This document shows, in pieces, positions 1 to 12,739 of a stretch of 64,000 nucleotides of DNA (the first letter of the stretch is position 1; every line of letters begins with the position of its first letter). This DNA is from Lama guanicoe. Its lineage: Eukaryota. The notes under the pieces were generated by a model that was not told the origin of the DNA, ran no database searches, and saw only the letters and a list, made by a program, of their open reading frames with translations. Location: assembly GCA_013239625.1 (NCBI GenBank), contig MU054323.1:14574029-14638028 (forward strand), read 5' to 3'. Both the position numbers and the translations under genes were made by a program.

Positions 1-345
1 CCCCTCTTACTTTCAGCATTCAGATTTTAACTACTCAAGTACAAGGGATAATTATATACTTTTCATTTGTGTAGATACAATTTATCTGTTAAGTTCTCTT
101 TATTCCTAGTTTTCTGAGAGATGTTTTTCATAAGTGGACTTTGAATTATGTCAGTGCTTTTTGGCATCTATTCAGATGCTCACTTTATTAATATGGCTAA
201 ATACAAGTTATTATTTCTTAATGCTAATAGAATGTTTTTGAATGTCTGAGGTAGAACACGTTTGATCAAGATCATTATCCTTTCATGTAATTACTGAAAT
301 TGATTTGTTAACATTTTTTACAGATGTTTTAAAATTAAGTTCTCA
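1..345 (-). mobile_element. Old L1 (L1M-type) ORF2 fragment, left part of the host element interrupted at ~360
   Basis: Antisense L1 ORF2-like text (ttctctttattcctagttttctgagag, ttgaattatgtcagtgcttttttggcatctatt). It resumes colinearly after ~2300. Confidence 0.75.
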
Positions 346-359
346 AGGATTTAGTTTTT

Positions 360-2298
360 AAATTATAGTTGGCATACATTATAATAGTTTCAAGTGTACA
401 ACATAGTAGTTCAATATTTTTATAGATTACATATCATAAAAAGTTCTTGCAACATTATTGACTATATTCCCTGTGCTGTACATTAATTACATCCTTGTGA
501 TACTTATTTTATAATTAGTAGTTTGTATCTCTTAATCCCCTTCACCTATTTCACCCATCCTAATCCCCTCCCTCTTGACAACCACTAGTTTCTGTCTGTA
601 CTTATGACTCTGTTTCTGTTTTGCTGTATTTATTTGTTTTGTTTGTTAAAGACAAGTATCTTTTCACTTGTGAAATCTATTTTATTTCACTCATCATAAT
701 ATGGTCTAGATCCATCAACGTTGCAAATGGCAAGATTTCATTATTTTTATGGCTGAGTAATGTTTCATTAGATAGATACATAGACAGACAGAGAGACAGA
801 CCGATCGATCGATCTATATAAATCCATCCCACATCTTTACCCATTCATCTCTCTGTGGACACTTAGGTTGCTTCCATATCTTGGCTATTGTAAATCATGC
901 TGCGATAAACATAGGGGTGCATATATCTTTTCTAATTAGTGTTTTTGTTTTTTTCTGATAATTACACAGGAATGGAATTGTTGGATCATATTGTAGTTCT
1001 GTTTTTAATTTTATGAAAAGCCACCATACTGTTTTCCATAGTGACTGTACAAATTTACATTTCAATAACAGGGCACAAGTGTTCCCTTTTCTCCATAGCC
1101 TGCCAACATTTGCTATTTCTTGTCTTTTTGATGATAGCTATTCTGATGGGTATGAAGTGGTAGATCACTGTGATTTTGATTTGCATTTCCCTGATTGACA
1201 GTCTGTAAAATCTAATATGCTGTTGAGTCCCTCTAGTGTATTTTTATTTCAGTTATTCTATTCTTCAGCTCTGGTTCTTCTTACATTTTCTAAGTTTTTG
1301 TTGAAATATTCACTATGTTTCTTTTTTTTTTTCCCAAGCCCAAGTCCAATGTATGCCAATTGTATGCCAATTGCTTCAAACTCTTTATCAGGTAAATTAT
1401 CTTCATTTCATAAGGGTTTTAATCTTGTACTTTCATTTGGAACTTACTCCTCTGTCTTCTCATTCTGTTCAAGTTCTGAGTTTGGCTCTATGAATTAAGT
1501 GAAATAGTTATGTCTCCCAGTCTGGAAGGCATGTCCTTCTGCAGGAGTGTCCCTATACAGACTGCTTATGTCCAGTGACTTTGGTGGGAGGACTGGATCT
1601 GAAGTGGGATGGGCCAGGGCTTTTGCTGGGGCCTGCAGGTGGTGGCAGGAGGAGGTGGTCACTGCCTTGGCAGGGTAGGAAGTAGCTGGAGCCCATTGTG
1701 AGCTTCGGCTTCTCGCAGGACTCACTGACAGCCACCAGATAGATAGGTGGGGCTGTAACCGGAGCAGGAGCTGCGGCCACTCCTGGGGTGTAATAAGGAC
1801 TGTCACCTTGGAACCTGAGCTTGGCAGGTCAGCTAGAATGCCAGACACTTTTACTTTTCAATCTGTTGCCTCTGCACTGGGACTCAGAGTGTATGTGTGT
1901 GCACTTTTTAAGAGTAGAGTCTCAAGTTTCCCACAGCACTACAGATCTCCAGTGATAAGCCCCACTGGTTTTCAAAACCATCACCTTCCCGATGCCTGTC
2001 CCCAAGGCTGCAGTGCCCAATGTGGGGCTCGAACCCCCAACTCCTTGTATTTCTGATATTCCCTAGCACTTTTGCATCACCCACCAGGGATGTGGGTCCT
2101 GACTAGATCACATCTCTGCCCCTCCAACCCATCTCAATGTGCTTTTTAAAAATATATATACATTCTTATTTGTGGAAGAGCTGTTCTGCCAGACTTTTAA
2201 AGTTGTCCTCAGAGAGTTCTATATGTAGTTGTAACTTTTGTGTGTCCATGAGGAGGTGAACTCAGGGTCTTCCTATGCCACTATCTTGATTTCCTCTC
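360..2298 (-). mobile_element. Internally deleted L1: 5'UTR plus ORF1 start fused to ORF2 C-terminus plus 3'UTR
   Basis: On the minus strand it starts gagaggaaatcaagatagtggcataggaagaccctgagttcacctcc (L1 5' end). ORF1 coiled-coil remnant (ELKNRITEIKNTLEGLNS) at ~1220-1275. At ~1196 it jumps to aatcagggaaatgcaaatcaaa (late ORF2), then the 3'UTR. Diverged candidate TSD caaggatttagttt (~344-357) / caggactttagttt (~2302-2315). Confidence 0.75.
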
Positions 2299-2299
2299 A

Positions 2300-4066
2300 C
2301 CCAGGACTTTAGTTTTCTTTTCTTTTAATGCCTTTATGTGATTTTGGTATCCGAATAATACCAGCCTAACAAAATGAGTTAGGAGATGTTCCTTTCAAGT
2401 CTATTTTCCAAAGAGTTTTTGAGACTGGAGTTATTTTTTCTTTAAAGTTTTGATTGAATTGACCAGTGAAACCATTTTGGGCCTATGGTTTTCTTTTTAT
2501 TTTAGCTTGTTTTAAGAGACATTTTAACTATAAATTTACTTCATTTAGATTGTATAAATCTGATATATTCAGATTTCTATTTTGTATGTCTTATATTAGT
2601 TTTGCTAACGTGTGTCTTTCAATAATTAGTTTGTCTAAGTTATATTATTATGAAGTTATGATATTCTTTTCTATTCTTGATATTGGTGATTTATATCTTA
2701 GCTGTTGTTTTTTATCAGTCTAGTTAGAGGTTAATGAATTTTAATGATCTTTTCAAATATAATATTATTTCATTGCCTTTTCCTTTTTCTAACTTCTATT
2801 TATTACAAGTCTTTACTACCTTCTTTCTACTACTTACTTTGCGTTTAATTTGGTCTCTTATTTCCTGAGGTGTGAAGTCGTATCATAAGATTGTTGACTT
2901 AAAGATCTTTCTTCTTTTCTACTATACACATTTAATATTATAAAGTTTCCCTTAAGCATTACTATATTTTTATCATAAAAATGTTTCTGATTTTCTTGTG
3001 ATTTCCTCTTTGACCCATGGAATAGCTAAAGGTGTATTTTTAATTTCAGGTAATCAGGATCTTCATAATTGTCTCATTGCTATTGATTACTAATTTAATT
3101 CAATTGTATTCAGAACACATTCTGTATGATTTTAATCTTTTCAAGTTTTAATCTTGTGTTTTGGGGGGCTACAGTATGCTCTGTCCTTTTGGATGAACTG
3201 TTCTATAAATATGTTAGGTCAAGGTGGATGGTTGTTAGTATCTTTCAGACCTTGTATTCCTGTACCAAATCTTTTTCCTAGTTGCTCTATCATTTGCTTA
3301 GATAGAATGTATAATGTTTTCTATTACTTCTGTGAAAAATCACAAATTTAGTGGCTTAAAACAACCCATTTATAATCTCACAGTTCTGAAGGACAGCATG
3401 GCTGTTCAGGCACAGTATGGCTCAGCTGTTCTCTGCTCTGGGTTTCACAAGGCCAAAGCAATACGTCTGCAGGGCTGTGCTCCTGGTCTGGATGCTCTGG
3501 GAATGAATTCACTACCAAGCTCATCCAGGTGGTTGGAGGAATTCACTCCATCCTGTTGTGGGACTGAGAACTTCCATCGCCTTACTGGCTGTCATTCAGA
3601 GGTTGTGGTCAGCCATCTTTGATTTGCTTCTCCCTCCTCCATCTTGAAAACAAGAAATGACATTTAGAACCCTTTCTATGCTTCAGATCACTTTGACCTC
3701 CCCTTCTACCTCATCTTTTCTCTGTCTTCCTTTTCTAACATATATCTCTGATTTTTTTGCCCTCCCTTCTGCTTTTAAGTTCACATGTGATTGTATTGGG
3801 CCCAACTGAATAATCTAGGATAATCTCCCTATTTTACAGATAGCTGATTAGTAACTTTAATTACATCTGCAAACACTTCATAGCAGCACATAGATTACTG
3901 CTTGATTGGTTAACCAGGGGACAGAAATCTTGGAAACCTTCTAGACTTCTATCTACCATAGTTGCTAACATCTCCAATCATTATAGTGGATTTTCCTATT
4001 TCCCTTTTAATTCTGTCATTTTTTGCTCCTTGTACATTAAAGCAGCTCTGTTAGCCCGTACATGTT
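2300..4066 (-). mobile_element. Old L1 (L1M-type) ORF2 fragment, continuation of 1-345, interrupted by a MaLR LTR
   Basis: Antisense ORF2-like text (tgattttggtatccgaataataccagcct, ctctttgacccatgg, ctccaatcattatagtggattttcctatttc). Confidence 0.7.
3308..3960 (-). mobile_element. ERVL-MaLR solo LTR (MLT1 group)
   Basis: cacaaatttagtggcttaaaacaac...ataatctcacagttctg, tgattgtattgggcccaactgaataatctaggataatctccctatttt, and end ttctatctaccata match the reverse of an MLT1 LTR. Confidence 0.75.
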
Positions 4067-5274
4067 TATTAATTTTGTTTTATATCTATATATATAGTGG
4101 CTAACATTTGTAAATCTCAAACTCCCGAATGTATCCCTTCCCACCCACTTTCCCTGGTAATCATAAGATTGTTTTGTAAATGAATTCATTAGTGTCCTCT
4201 TCTTACTTTTTTTTCCCCCTATATTCCACACATGAGTGATAAGTGTATATATTTTTTTCTTTTTCTGGCTTACTTCACTTAGAATGACATTCTCCAGGTC
4301 CATCCATGTTGCTGCAAATGGCATTATTTCATTCTTTTTTATGGCTGAGTAGTATTCCATTGTATAAATATACCAAAACTTCTTTATCCTGTCATCTGTC
4401 AATAGACAAATTTAGGTTGTTCCCATGTCTAGGCTAAACATTGGGGTGTATGTATCTTTTTGAATTAGAGTTCACTCAGTATACATGTCCAGGAGTAGGG
4501 CTGCTGGATCATATGGTAAGTCTATTTTTAGTCTTTTAAGGAATCTCCATACTGTTTTCCATAATGGCTACATGAAACTATATTCTCACAAGCAGTGTAT
4601 GAGGGTTCCCTTTTCTCCACACACTCTCCAGCATTTATCATTCATGGACATTTTAATGATGGCCATTCTGACTGGTGTGAGGAGATACCTCATTCTAGTT
4701 TTGATTTGCATTTCTCTGATAATTAGCTATATCGAGCATTTTTCCATGTGCCTATTGGCCATTCATATGTCTTCATTGAGAATTGCTTGTTTAAGTCTTC
4801 TGCTCATTTTTGGATTGGATTGGTTGTTTTTTTTGTTATTAAGTTGTATGAGCTGTTTATATATTCTGGAAATTAATCCCTTGTGAGTCTTGTTTTTTGC
4901 AAGTATTTCCTCCCATTTAGGAGGTTATTGTTTTTGTCTTGCTTATGGTTTCCTTTGCTGTGCAAAAGCTTGTAAGTTTAATTAGGCCCCATTTGTTTAT
5001 TTTTGCTCTTATTTCTATTGCCTGGGTAGACTGCCCTAGGAGAAAATTGCTAAGATTTCTGTCAGAGAATGTTTTGCCTGTTTTCTTCTAGGATGTTTAT
5101 AGTGTTGTCTTAAATATGTCTTTAAGCCATTTCGAGGGTTTTTGTGTGTGTGTGTATGGTGTGATGGAATGTTCTAGCTTCATTGATTTACATGCTGCTG
5201 TCCAGTTTTCTCCATCATATACCATTGCCTCCTTTGTTGAAGATTAATTGACCAAAGGTCTGTGGGTTTATTTC
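4067..5274 (-). mobile_element. L1 3' fragment (late ORF2 and part of 3'UTR) lacking a poly(A) tail
   Basis: Minus-strand ORF 4037-4402 [37 protein letters not shown] is the ORF2p C-terminus. Confidence 0.9.
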
Positions 5275-7193
5275 TTCAACAGTGAAAAACTGAAATCTGG
5301 AACAAGACAAGTATGCCCACTCTCACCACTTCTAGTCAGTATAGCCATGGTAGTCCTAACCACAGCAATCAGGCCAGAAAAAGAAATAAAAGGGATCCAA
5401 GTGGGAAGAGGTAAAATCACACCCATAACAATAAAATTCTTAGGAATATATCTGACCAACGAGGTGAAAGACTTGTACATGGAGAACTACAAAACATTGA
5501 TTAAGGAAATAAATGATGACTTAAATAAATGGAAAGACATTCCATGCTTTTGGGTTGGAAGAATCAACATTGTTAAAATGGCCATACTGCCCAAGGCAAC
5601 CTACAGATTTAATGCAATCCCTATCAAATTACCCAGGACATTTTTCAGAGAACTAAAACAAACAACCCTAAAATGTATATGGAATCACAAAAGACCCAGC
5701 ATTGCCAAAACAATACTGAAGAAAAAGAACAAAGCTGGAGGAATAACCCTCCCAGAATTCAGACAATACTACTGAGGTACAGTAATCAAAACGGCATGGT
5801 ATTGGCACAAAGATAAGACACACAGATCAATGGAACAGGATAGAAAATCCAGAAATAAACCCACACACTTATGGTCAATTAATCTATCACAAAGAATATA
5901 CAATGGAGAAAATACAAGACTCTTCAACAAGTGGTGCTGGGAAAACTGGACAGCTACCTGTAAAAGATTGAAATTAGAACATTCTCTAACACCATCTACA
6001 AAAATAAACTCAAAGTGGATTAAAGAGCTAAATATAAGACTAGATACTATAAAACTTCTACAGGAAAACATAGGCAGAACACTCATGGACCTAAATCACA
6101 GCAATATATTTTTTGAACCAGCTCCTGGAATAATGGAAATAAAAGCAAAAATAAACAAATGGGATCTAATTAAACTTAAAAGCTTTTGCACAGCTAAGGA
6201 TACCATCAACAAAACAAAAAAGACAACCTCCAGAATGGGAGAAATATTTGCAAATGATGCAACCGACAAGGGACTAATTTCTAAAATACACTAACAGCTC
6301 ATACACCTTAATATCAAATAAACAAGCAACCCAATCAAAAAATTGGCAGAAGACCTAAGTAGACATTTCTCCAAAGAAGACAGATGGCCAACAAGCACAT
6401 GAAAAGATGCTCAACAACACTAATTGTTAGAGAAAAGCAAATCAAAACTACAATGAGATATCACCTCATACCAGTCAGAATGGCCATCACTAAAAAGTCT
6501 ACAAATGATAAATGCTGGAGAGGATGTGAAGAAAAAGTAACCCTCCTACACTGTTGGTGCGAATGCAAGTTGGTGCAGCCACTATGTAGGACAATATGAA
6601 GGTTCCTTAAAATACTAAAAATAGACTTACTGTATGATCCAGCAATCCCACTCCTGGTCACGTATCCAGAGAAAAATATAATTCAAAAAGACACATGCAC
6701 TCCAGTGTTTATAGCAGCACTATTTACAATAGCCAAGAAATGTAAACAACCCAATGTCCACTGACAGATGACTGGTAAAGAAGTTGTGGGGTACACAGTG
6801 AAATACTACTCAGTACTCAGCCATAAAAAAAGAATTAAAAAATGCCATTTACAGCAACATGGATGGATTTGGAGATCATCATTCTACGTGAAGTAAGCCA
6901 GAAAGAGAGAGAACAAATATCACCACTTATATGTGGAATCTTACAAAAAGGACACAAATGAACTTACCTACAAAACAGAAATAGACTCACAGACATAGAG
7001 ATCAAACTTATGGTTGCCAGGGGTTAAAGGGGGTGGGAAGGGATAAATTGGGAATTCAAAAATTACACCTCTTGGGGACTAATGGAAATGTTAGCTATCT
7101 TGATTGTGGTGGTGGTTTCATGGGTGTGTACATCTGAAATACGTGCAGTTTACTGTACAGGCACCATGCCACAATAAAGGTGTTTAAAAAAAA
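5275..7193 (+). mobile_element. 5'-truncated decayed L1 with chimeric ancient-L1-type 3' tail (copy A)
   Basis: ORF2 pieces [56 protein letters not shown]. Internal deletion at ~5410 removes the YADD region. Tail switch at ~7063, AATAAA at ~7173, then an A-tract. Confidence 0.9.
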
Positions 7194-7357
7194 ACCAAAA
7201 TATTTTGGGAAGACAGATCACTTTCATGGCATACATCTTACAAAAGTTGTCAAGTAGAAGAGAGAACTAAAAATATCTACATATATTTGTGTTAGGAAAG
7301 GTTAGTGAAAGATATTAAGACGTTAAAAGTTCCCTTTGAGGTGATTTCCAGGCTTAC

Positions 7358-7606
7358 CATAACTGGATGGTCTTTTGCGTAGATCCAGTATAGGATGGAA
7401 TCATTTGAGTCTTCCAATGTTGGAATCCCTGTGGAGGAATCCCAGGACAGTTCTGAATCACAATTAACCCTTCCTTACAGTAAGATTACAAGAGCGTCCC
7501 ACTATCACTTACCTGGGGTTAACTTTATTATTCATGAAGCTGTTATTCAGGCAATCTTTGTCCATTTTCTACCATTTGAAAACCAATTAGTCTTGCTTAT
7601 TTTCTC
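7358..7606 (-). other. Candidate exon pair (7513-7606 and 7358-7428, 84-nt intron) of an unidentified transcript; duplicated at 9414-9662
   Basis: Minus-strand sites: cttgcag| acceptor, CAG|GTAAGT donor, ttcctccacag| acceptor, ATG|GTAAGC donor. Confidence 0.35.
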
Positions 7607-7845
7607 CTGCAAGTCATTTACAAATGACACTATCGGGGAGGGTAGTTCACAAAGATTGGCAGGACAGTGTCTTTTATTAAAAAACATAAATCCTCTGAAA
7701 GAACTAATATACCCTTAGGAAAGAGCCAATGCTGAAACATTTTAAAAATCCCTGCAGTTGACTAGAAATGACATTTAAACTAAAGGCCCAGAGAGATTTG
7801 ACAGTGCTCTCTTGAAAGCATTATGACAGGAACTCCTTTATTTCT

Positions 7846-7978
7846 NNNNNNNNNNNNNNNNNNNNNNNNNNNNNNNNNNNNNNNNNNNNNNNNNNNNNNN
7901 NNNNNNNNNNNNNNNNNNNNNNNNNNNNNNNNNNNNNNNNNNNNNNNNNNNNNNNNNNNNNNNNNNNNNNNNNNNNNN
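7846..7978. other. Assembly gap (133 N)
   Basis: Run of N. Confidence 1.
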
Positions 7979-9901
7979 TACAAGACTCTTCAACAAGTGG
8001 TGCTGGGAAAACTGGACAGCTACCTGTAAAAGATTGAAATTAGAACATTCTCTAACACCATCTACAAAAATAAACTCAAAGTGGATTAAAGAGCTAAATA
8101 TAAGACTAGATACTATAAAACTTCTACAGGAAAACATAGGCAGAACACTCATGGACCTAAATCACAGCAATATATTTTTTGAACCAGCTCCTGGAATAAT
8201 GGAAATAAAAGCAAAAATAAACAAATGGGATCTAATTAAACTTAAAAGCTTTTGCACAGCTAAGGATACCATCAACAAAACAAAAAAGACAACCTCCAGA
8301 ATGGGAGAAATATTTGCAAATGATGCAACCGACAAGGGACTAATTTCTAAAATACACTAACAGCTCATACACCTTAATATCAAATAAACAAGCAACCCAA
8401 TCAAAAAATTGGCAGAAGACCTAAGTAGACATTTCTCCAAAGAAGACAGATGGCCAACAAGCACATGAAAAGATGCTCAACAACACTAATTGTTAGAGAA
8501 AAGCAAATCAAAACTACAATGAGATATCACCTCATACCAGTCAGAATGGCCATCATTAAAAAGTCTACAAATGATAAATGCTGGAGAGGATGTGAAGAAA
8601 AAGTAACCCTCCTACACTGTTGGTGGGAATGCAAGTTGGTGCAGCCACTATGTAGGACAATATGAAGGTTCCTTAAAATACTAAAAATAGACTTACTGTA
8701 TGATCCAGCAATCCCACTCCTGGTCACATATCCAGAGAAAAATATAATTCAAAAAGACACATGCACTCCAGTGTTTATTTACAATAGCCAAGAAATGGAA
8801 ACAACCCAATGTCCACTGACAGATGACTGGTAAAGAAGTTGTGGGGGTACACAGTGAAATACTACTCAGTACTCAGCCATAAAAAAAGAATTAAAAAATG
8901 CCATTTACAGCAACATGGATGGATTTGGAGATCATCATTCTACGTGAAGTAAGCCAGAAAGAGAGAGAACAAATATCACCACTTATATGTGGAATCTTAC
9001 AAAAAGGACACAAATGAACTTACCTACAAAACAGAAATAGACTCACAGACATAGAGATCAAACTTATGGTTGCCAGGGGTTAAAGGGGGTGGGAAGGGAT
9101 AAATTGGGAATTCAAAAATTACACCTCTTGGGGACTAATGGAAATGTTAGCTATCTTGATTGTGGTGGTGGTTTCATGGGTGTGTACATCTGAAATACGT
9201 GCAGTTTACTGTACAGGCACCATGCCACAATAAAGGTGTTTAAAAAAAAACCAAAATATTTTGGGAAGACAGATCACTTTCATGGCATACATCTTACAAA
9301 AGTTGTCAAGTAGAAGAGAGAACTAAAAATATCTACATATATTTGTGTTAGGAAAGGTTAGTGAAAGATATTAAGACGTTAAAAGTTCCCTTTGAGGTGA
9401 TTTCCAGGCTTACCATAACTGGATGGTCTTTTGCGTAGATCCAGTATAGGATGGAATCATTTGAGTCTTCCAATGTTGGAATCCCTGTGGAGGAATCCCA
9501 GGACAGTTCTGAATCACAATTAACCCTTCCTTACAGTAAGATTACAAGAGCGTCCCACTATCACTTACCTGGGGTTAACTTTATTATTCATGAAGCTGTT
9601 ATTCAGGCAATCTTTGTCCATTTTCTACCATTTGAAAACCAATTAGTCTTGCTTATTTTCTCCTGCAAGTCATTTACAAATGACACTATCGGGGAGGGTA
9701 GTTCACAAAGATTGGCAGGACAGTGTCTTTTATTAAAAAACATAAATCCTCTGAAAGAACTAATATACCCTTAGGAAAGAGCCAATGCTGAAACATTTTA
9801 AAAATCCCTGCAGTTGACTAGAAATGACATTTAAACTAAAGGCCCAGAGAGATTTGACAGTGCTCTCTTGAAAGCATTATGACAGGAACTCCTTTATTTC
9901 T
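7979..9901 (+). repeat. Near-identical direct duplicate of 5913-7845 (L1 3' end plus ~650 bp unique flank)
   Basis: Same sequence at offset 2066/2056. ORFs 7395-7718 and 9451-9774 are identical. Confidence 0.97.
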
Positions 9902-12034
9902 ATGAATTTTATATGAACAACATTTTTCTTCCCTTGAGACTGACAGTTGTAGATAGATTTTGTTATTACTGAAAAGTAGATATGTCCTCTTAGTTCAAAA
10001 TGAAAACAACCGTTAGTATTAGATAAATGTTTCTTTTCCTTTTACTTCATCTGTTTTAAGTTAATAACCCTCAGGGTAAATATGCCTAGAATGTAAACAA
10101 GGTTTTTTTCTATAGCTAATATTACTCATAATAGGACAGTATGTCAGATTCACCTAATTCATTGTCAACTACTTAACGTATTCTGCAGATCAGTTATCAC
10201 ACTGCTTCCCTAGCTTATAATGACACAAAACTAGAACTGTCCTGAGCCATCATATTTTTCATGCACTTCCCCAGTTAATAACCTTTCATATGTTCAGAAA
10301 GATGTAACTGGACAAGCATAGGAAAGAAAACAAATGATGAAGAAAAAATATTATACTTAGAATATCTTAAATGGGGATCTAAATATCCAGAAGAAATTGT
10401 TTTAGTAATGTGGATTTTTCCCATTCAGAATAACTGGAACAATTTTCTGTTAAATAATGACAGTACACAAAGTGGCATCCCTTTGTCTGAAATGTGCGTG
10501 AATATATTCATACTTATTTTTCACCATACCAATGACTAGAGCAAAAATGAACATCTCAGATAATAAAGCAATATTAATTGTCCCCATTTTGAGAATATCT
10601 ATGCAGTGTTTAAGTCCTAACCATTCTAGATTTAAATTTTCATGGTTTACACTACATCTTTTTTTTTTTCCCATTGAAGGGTTGATAAACATGTCATTGA
10701 TAGCTACCATCCTTAGAAATGAAAGCAACTGTTTTCTTTTATCCTTGGCATTTTATGTTCTCTAAGGTGTCTACATTTTCTCATGAATTATATGAAACCA
10801 CTATTTCTCTCTTACTTGTAAAACTGTTGATGCTGTGATGAATTCTGAGGTATGCATTATTGCATATCAATTTCAGATATTATCTTCAAGAAGATATATA
10901 GAGAAGTTGTTTGAAGAATTTCACTTTCAACAGGTCAGAAACTTGATTTTAAAGATTTTTAGTAAGACATAGTTATCCCGTTTGTCACTAAAATTAGGAA
11001 AAGGCTTTTGGTAGTTTTAAAATATGCTTCCCTAATTAATAAGTATTATGCATAACTCAAATATTGATAGTAACTAAAATGTATAGTAATTAAAAATAGC
11101 ATTTTCTTTAAAGCTAACAGTTAATTTCACTTAGTTTTAAAGTTAAAAATCCAAAGAGATACACCTAAAACTTTGGTATGATATTTTCAATGGATATCAA
11201 ACAAATGGAAATAAAATTAGAAATACAGCAATAGAAGAGACTGAAAAACCAAAGTTCAGGCTCCTGGCTGTTTACACACTGTTGTGTTGATTAAACTTTT
11301 GTAGAATGCAGCTAAGATAATATGTAAAATAATGTCATTCAGTTGTTAACAAATAGCACATACTTACAAAGGGGAAAATTTCTAATTCAGAACATTTTAA
11401 TTCAGTTTGGAAAGCAACAGAATCAAAATAAAGCCTAAGGCCTAACAGGGATAGCAACAGCAATCTATCTTTCATGGTTTCGTTCTTAGTATTTCTCTCC
11501 TATTGTACACCTTAAAAATACATTTAGCACTTCTTCCTTTTATTAGTTCCTAAAAAATTAATCTCTGAGTTCTCATCACTTGTGGGCAATAATTTGACCT
11601 GGAAAATAAATTAAGAAAAAAAATTTACTCATTAAAGGTATTCTGTGAAATTCAAATGAAGCATAGCCCAGGAATATTGACTGAACCGCTTAATGTGTAC
11701 CAAGATATATGGAGCTTGGGTGGGTAATCATCTGCAAGCCAGGTAAAGTCTATTTGTGTTATGAGTTTCAAGATTTAAATATGTTAAAGCCTCTGAAGGG
11801 TTGTGTTTTCTGAACTCCTAGATGAATAATCATTCTCAATTCAAAAGATCTTCTTTCTTCCTTTCTTGTTCTGCCTCTTAGAGTAAGACTTGAGTGAGAG
11901 AAGTCTTAGCTAGATTATCTATGCATAAAAACTATATGTATTAGTCAGTAAGAAGTTCTGGAAGAGAATGGGCGGAAAATTCAGGAGTCAGTGTCATACG
12001 ATGAATGAATGCCCAAGAGGAGAAAATTAACCTG

Positions 12035-12310
12035 GAGGCAGTTAAGGCTAAATGAGGTCATAACGGTGTGGTTATGCACCCTTGTAAGAAGAGAAAGAGA
12101 CACCAGCGATCCCTCTCCAAGTGCACACAGAAGAAAAGGCCAAATGAGGAAACATATCTGTAAACCAAGGAGAAAGGCCTCACCATAAACCAGTCCTGCT
12201 GATACTTGCTTTTGGACCTCAACCTCTAGAACTATGAGAAAAGGAATTTCTCTTATCTAAGCCACCTAGTGTGTGGTATTATGTTATGGAATACTGAGCC
12301 GACTAATATA
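12035..12310 (+). mobile_element. MaLR LTR fragment (MLT1A/B-like)
   Basis: gttaaggctaaatgaggtcata...cctctagaactatgagaaaaggaatttctcttatctaagccacctagtgtgtggtatt...gactaatata. Confidence 0.8.
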
Positions 12311-12739
12311 CCATCAGACACAGTGCTAATCCCATATATTTTAATACATGCCAAATGGCCCAGGGGCATATTCTAGAATAGCTTCTGGAATAGGGCTTTT
12401 TTGTTTTCATACTGATTACTGAGCGGTAGGTAGGAGCATGTGAGCTTGGAAAGTCTTTAACATAGTCTCCAAAGGGGGACTCACAGTCAGACATACAGTG
12501 ACAGTGAGGTGACAGAAGAAAATCAAGTTGATGAGGAAGAATTTGCCCATGGCTACAGAAGCCAGGAGAGGGGAGTCACCATGGCACCAATCCCTCCTGT
12601 CTCTACTACTTGAGGACAAATATCATAGCATATCTCTCTGTCTTCTTTTACATCATTAATTATTTTATACCCTTATCATCCCCACAAGACACATGCTGTT
12701 ATTTATCTCTTCTACAATAAATGTATAATACTATAAACA

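Noticed and set aside
7358..7428. Peptide MIPSYTGSTQKTIQL(W) resembling the ETS-domain start (GYTGSGPIQLW)
   Set aside because: Very short match, no downstream ETS exon found, and the upstream exon is closed in that frame.
7395..7718. 107-aa plus-strand ORF present twice (also 9451-9774)
   Set aside because: No recognisable homology; the repetition comes from the gap-flanking duplication.
10767..10933. Plus-strand exon-like segments (e.g. 10877-10933, ILSSRRYIEKLFEEFHFQQ)
   Set aside because: Weak donor, only about 27 nt between the two candidates, no recognisable protein and no partner exons.
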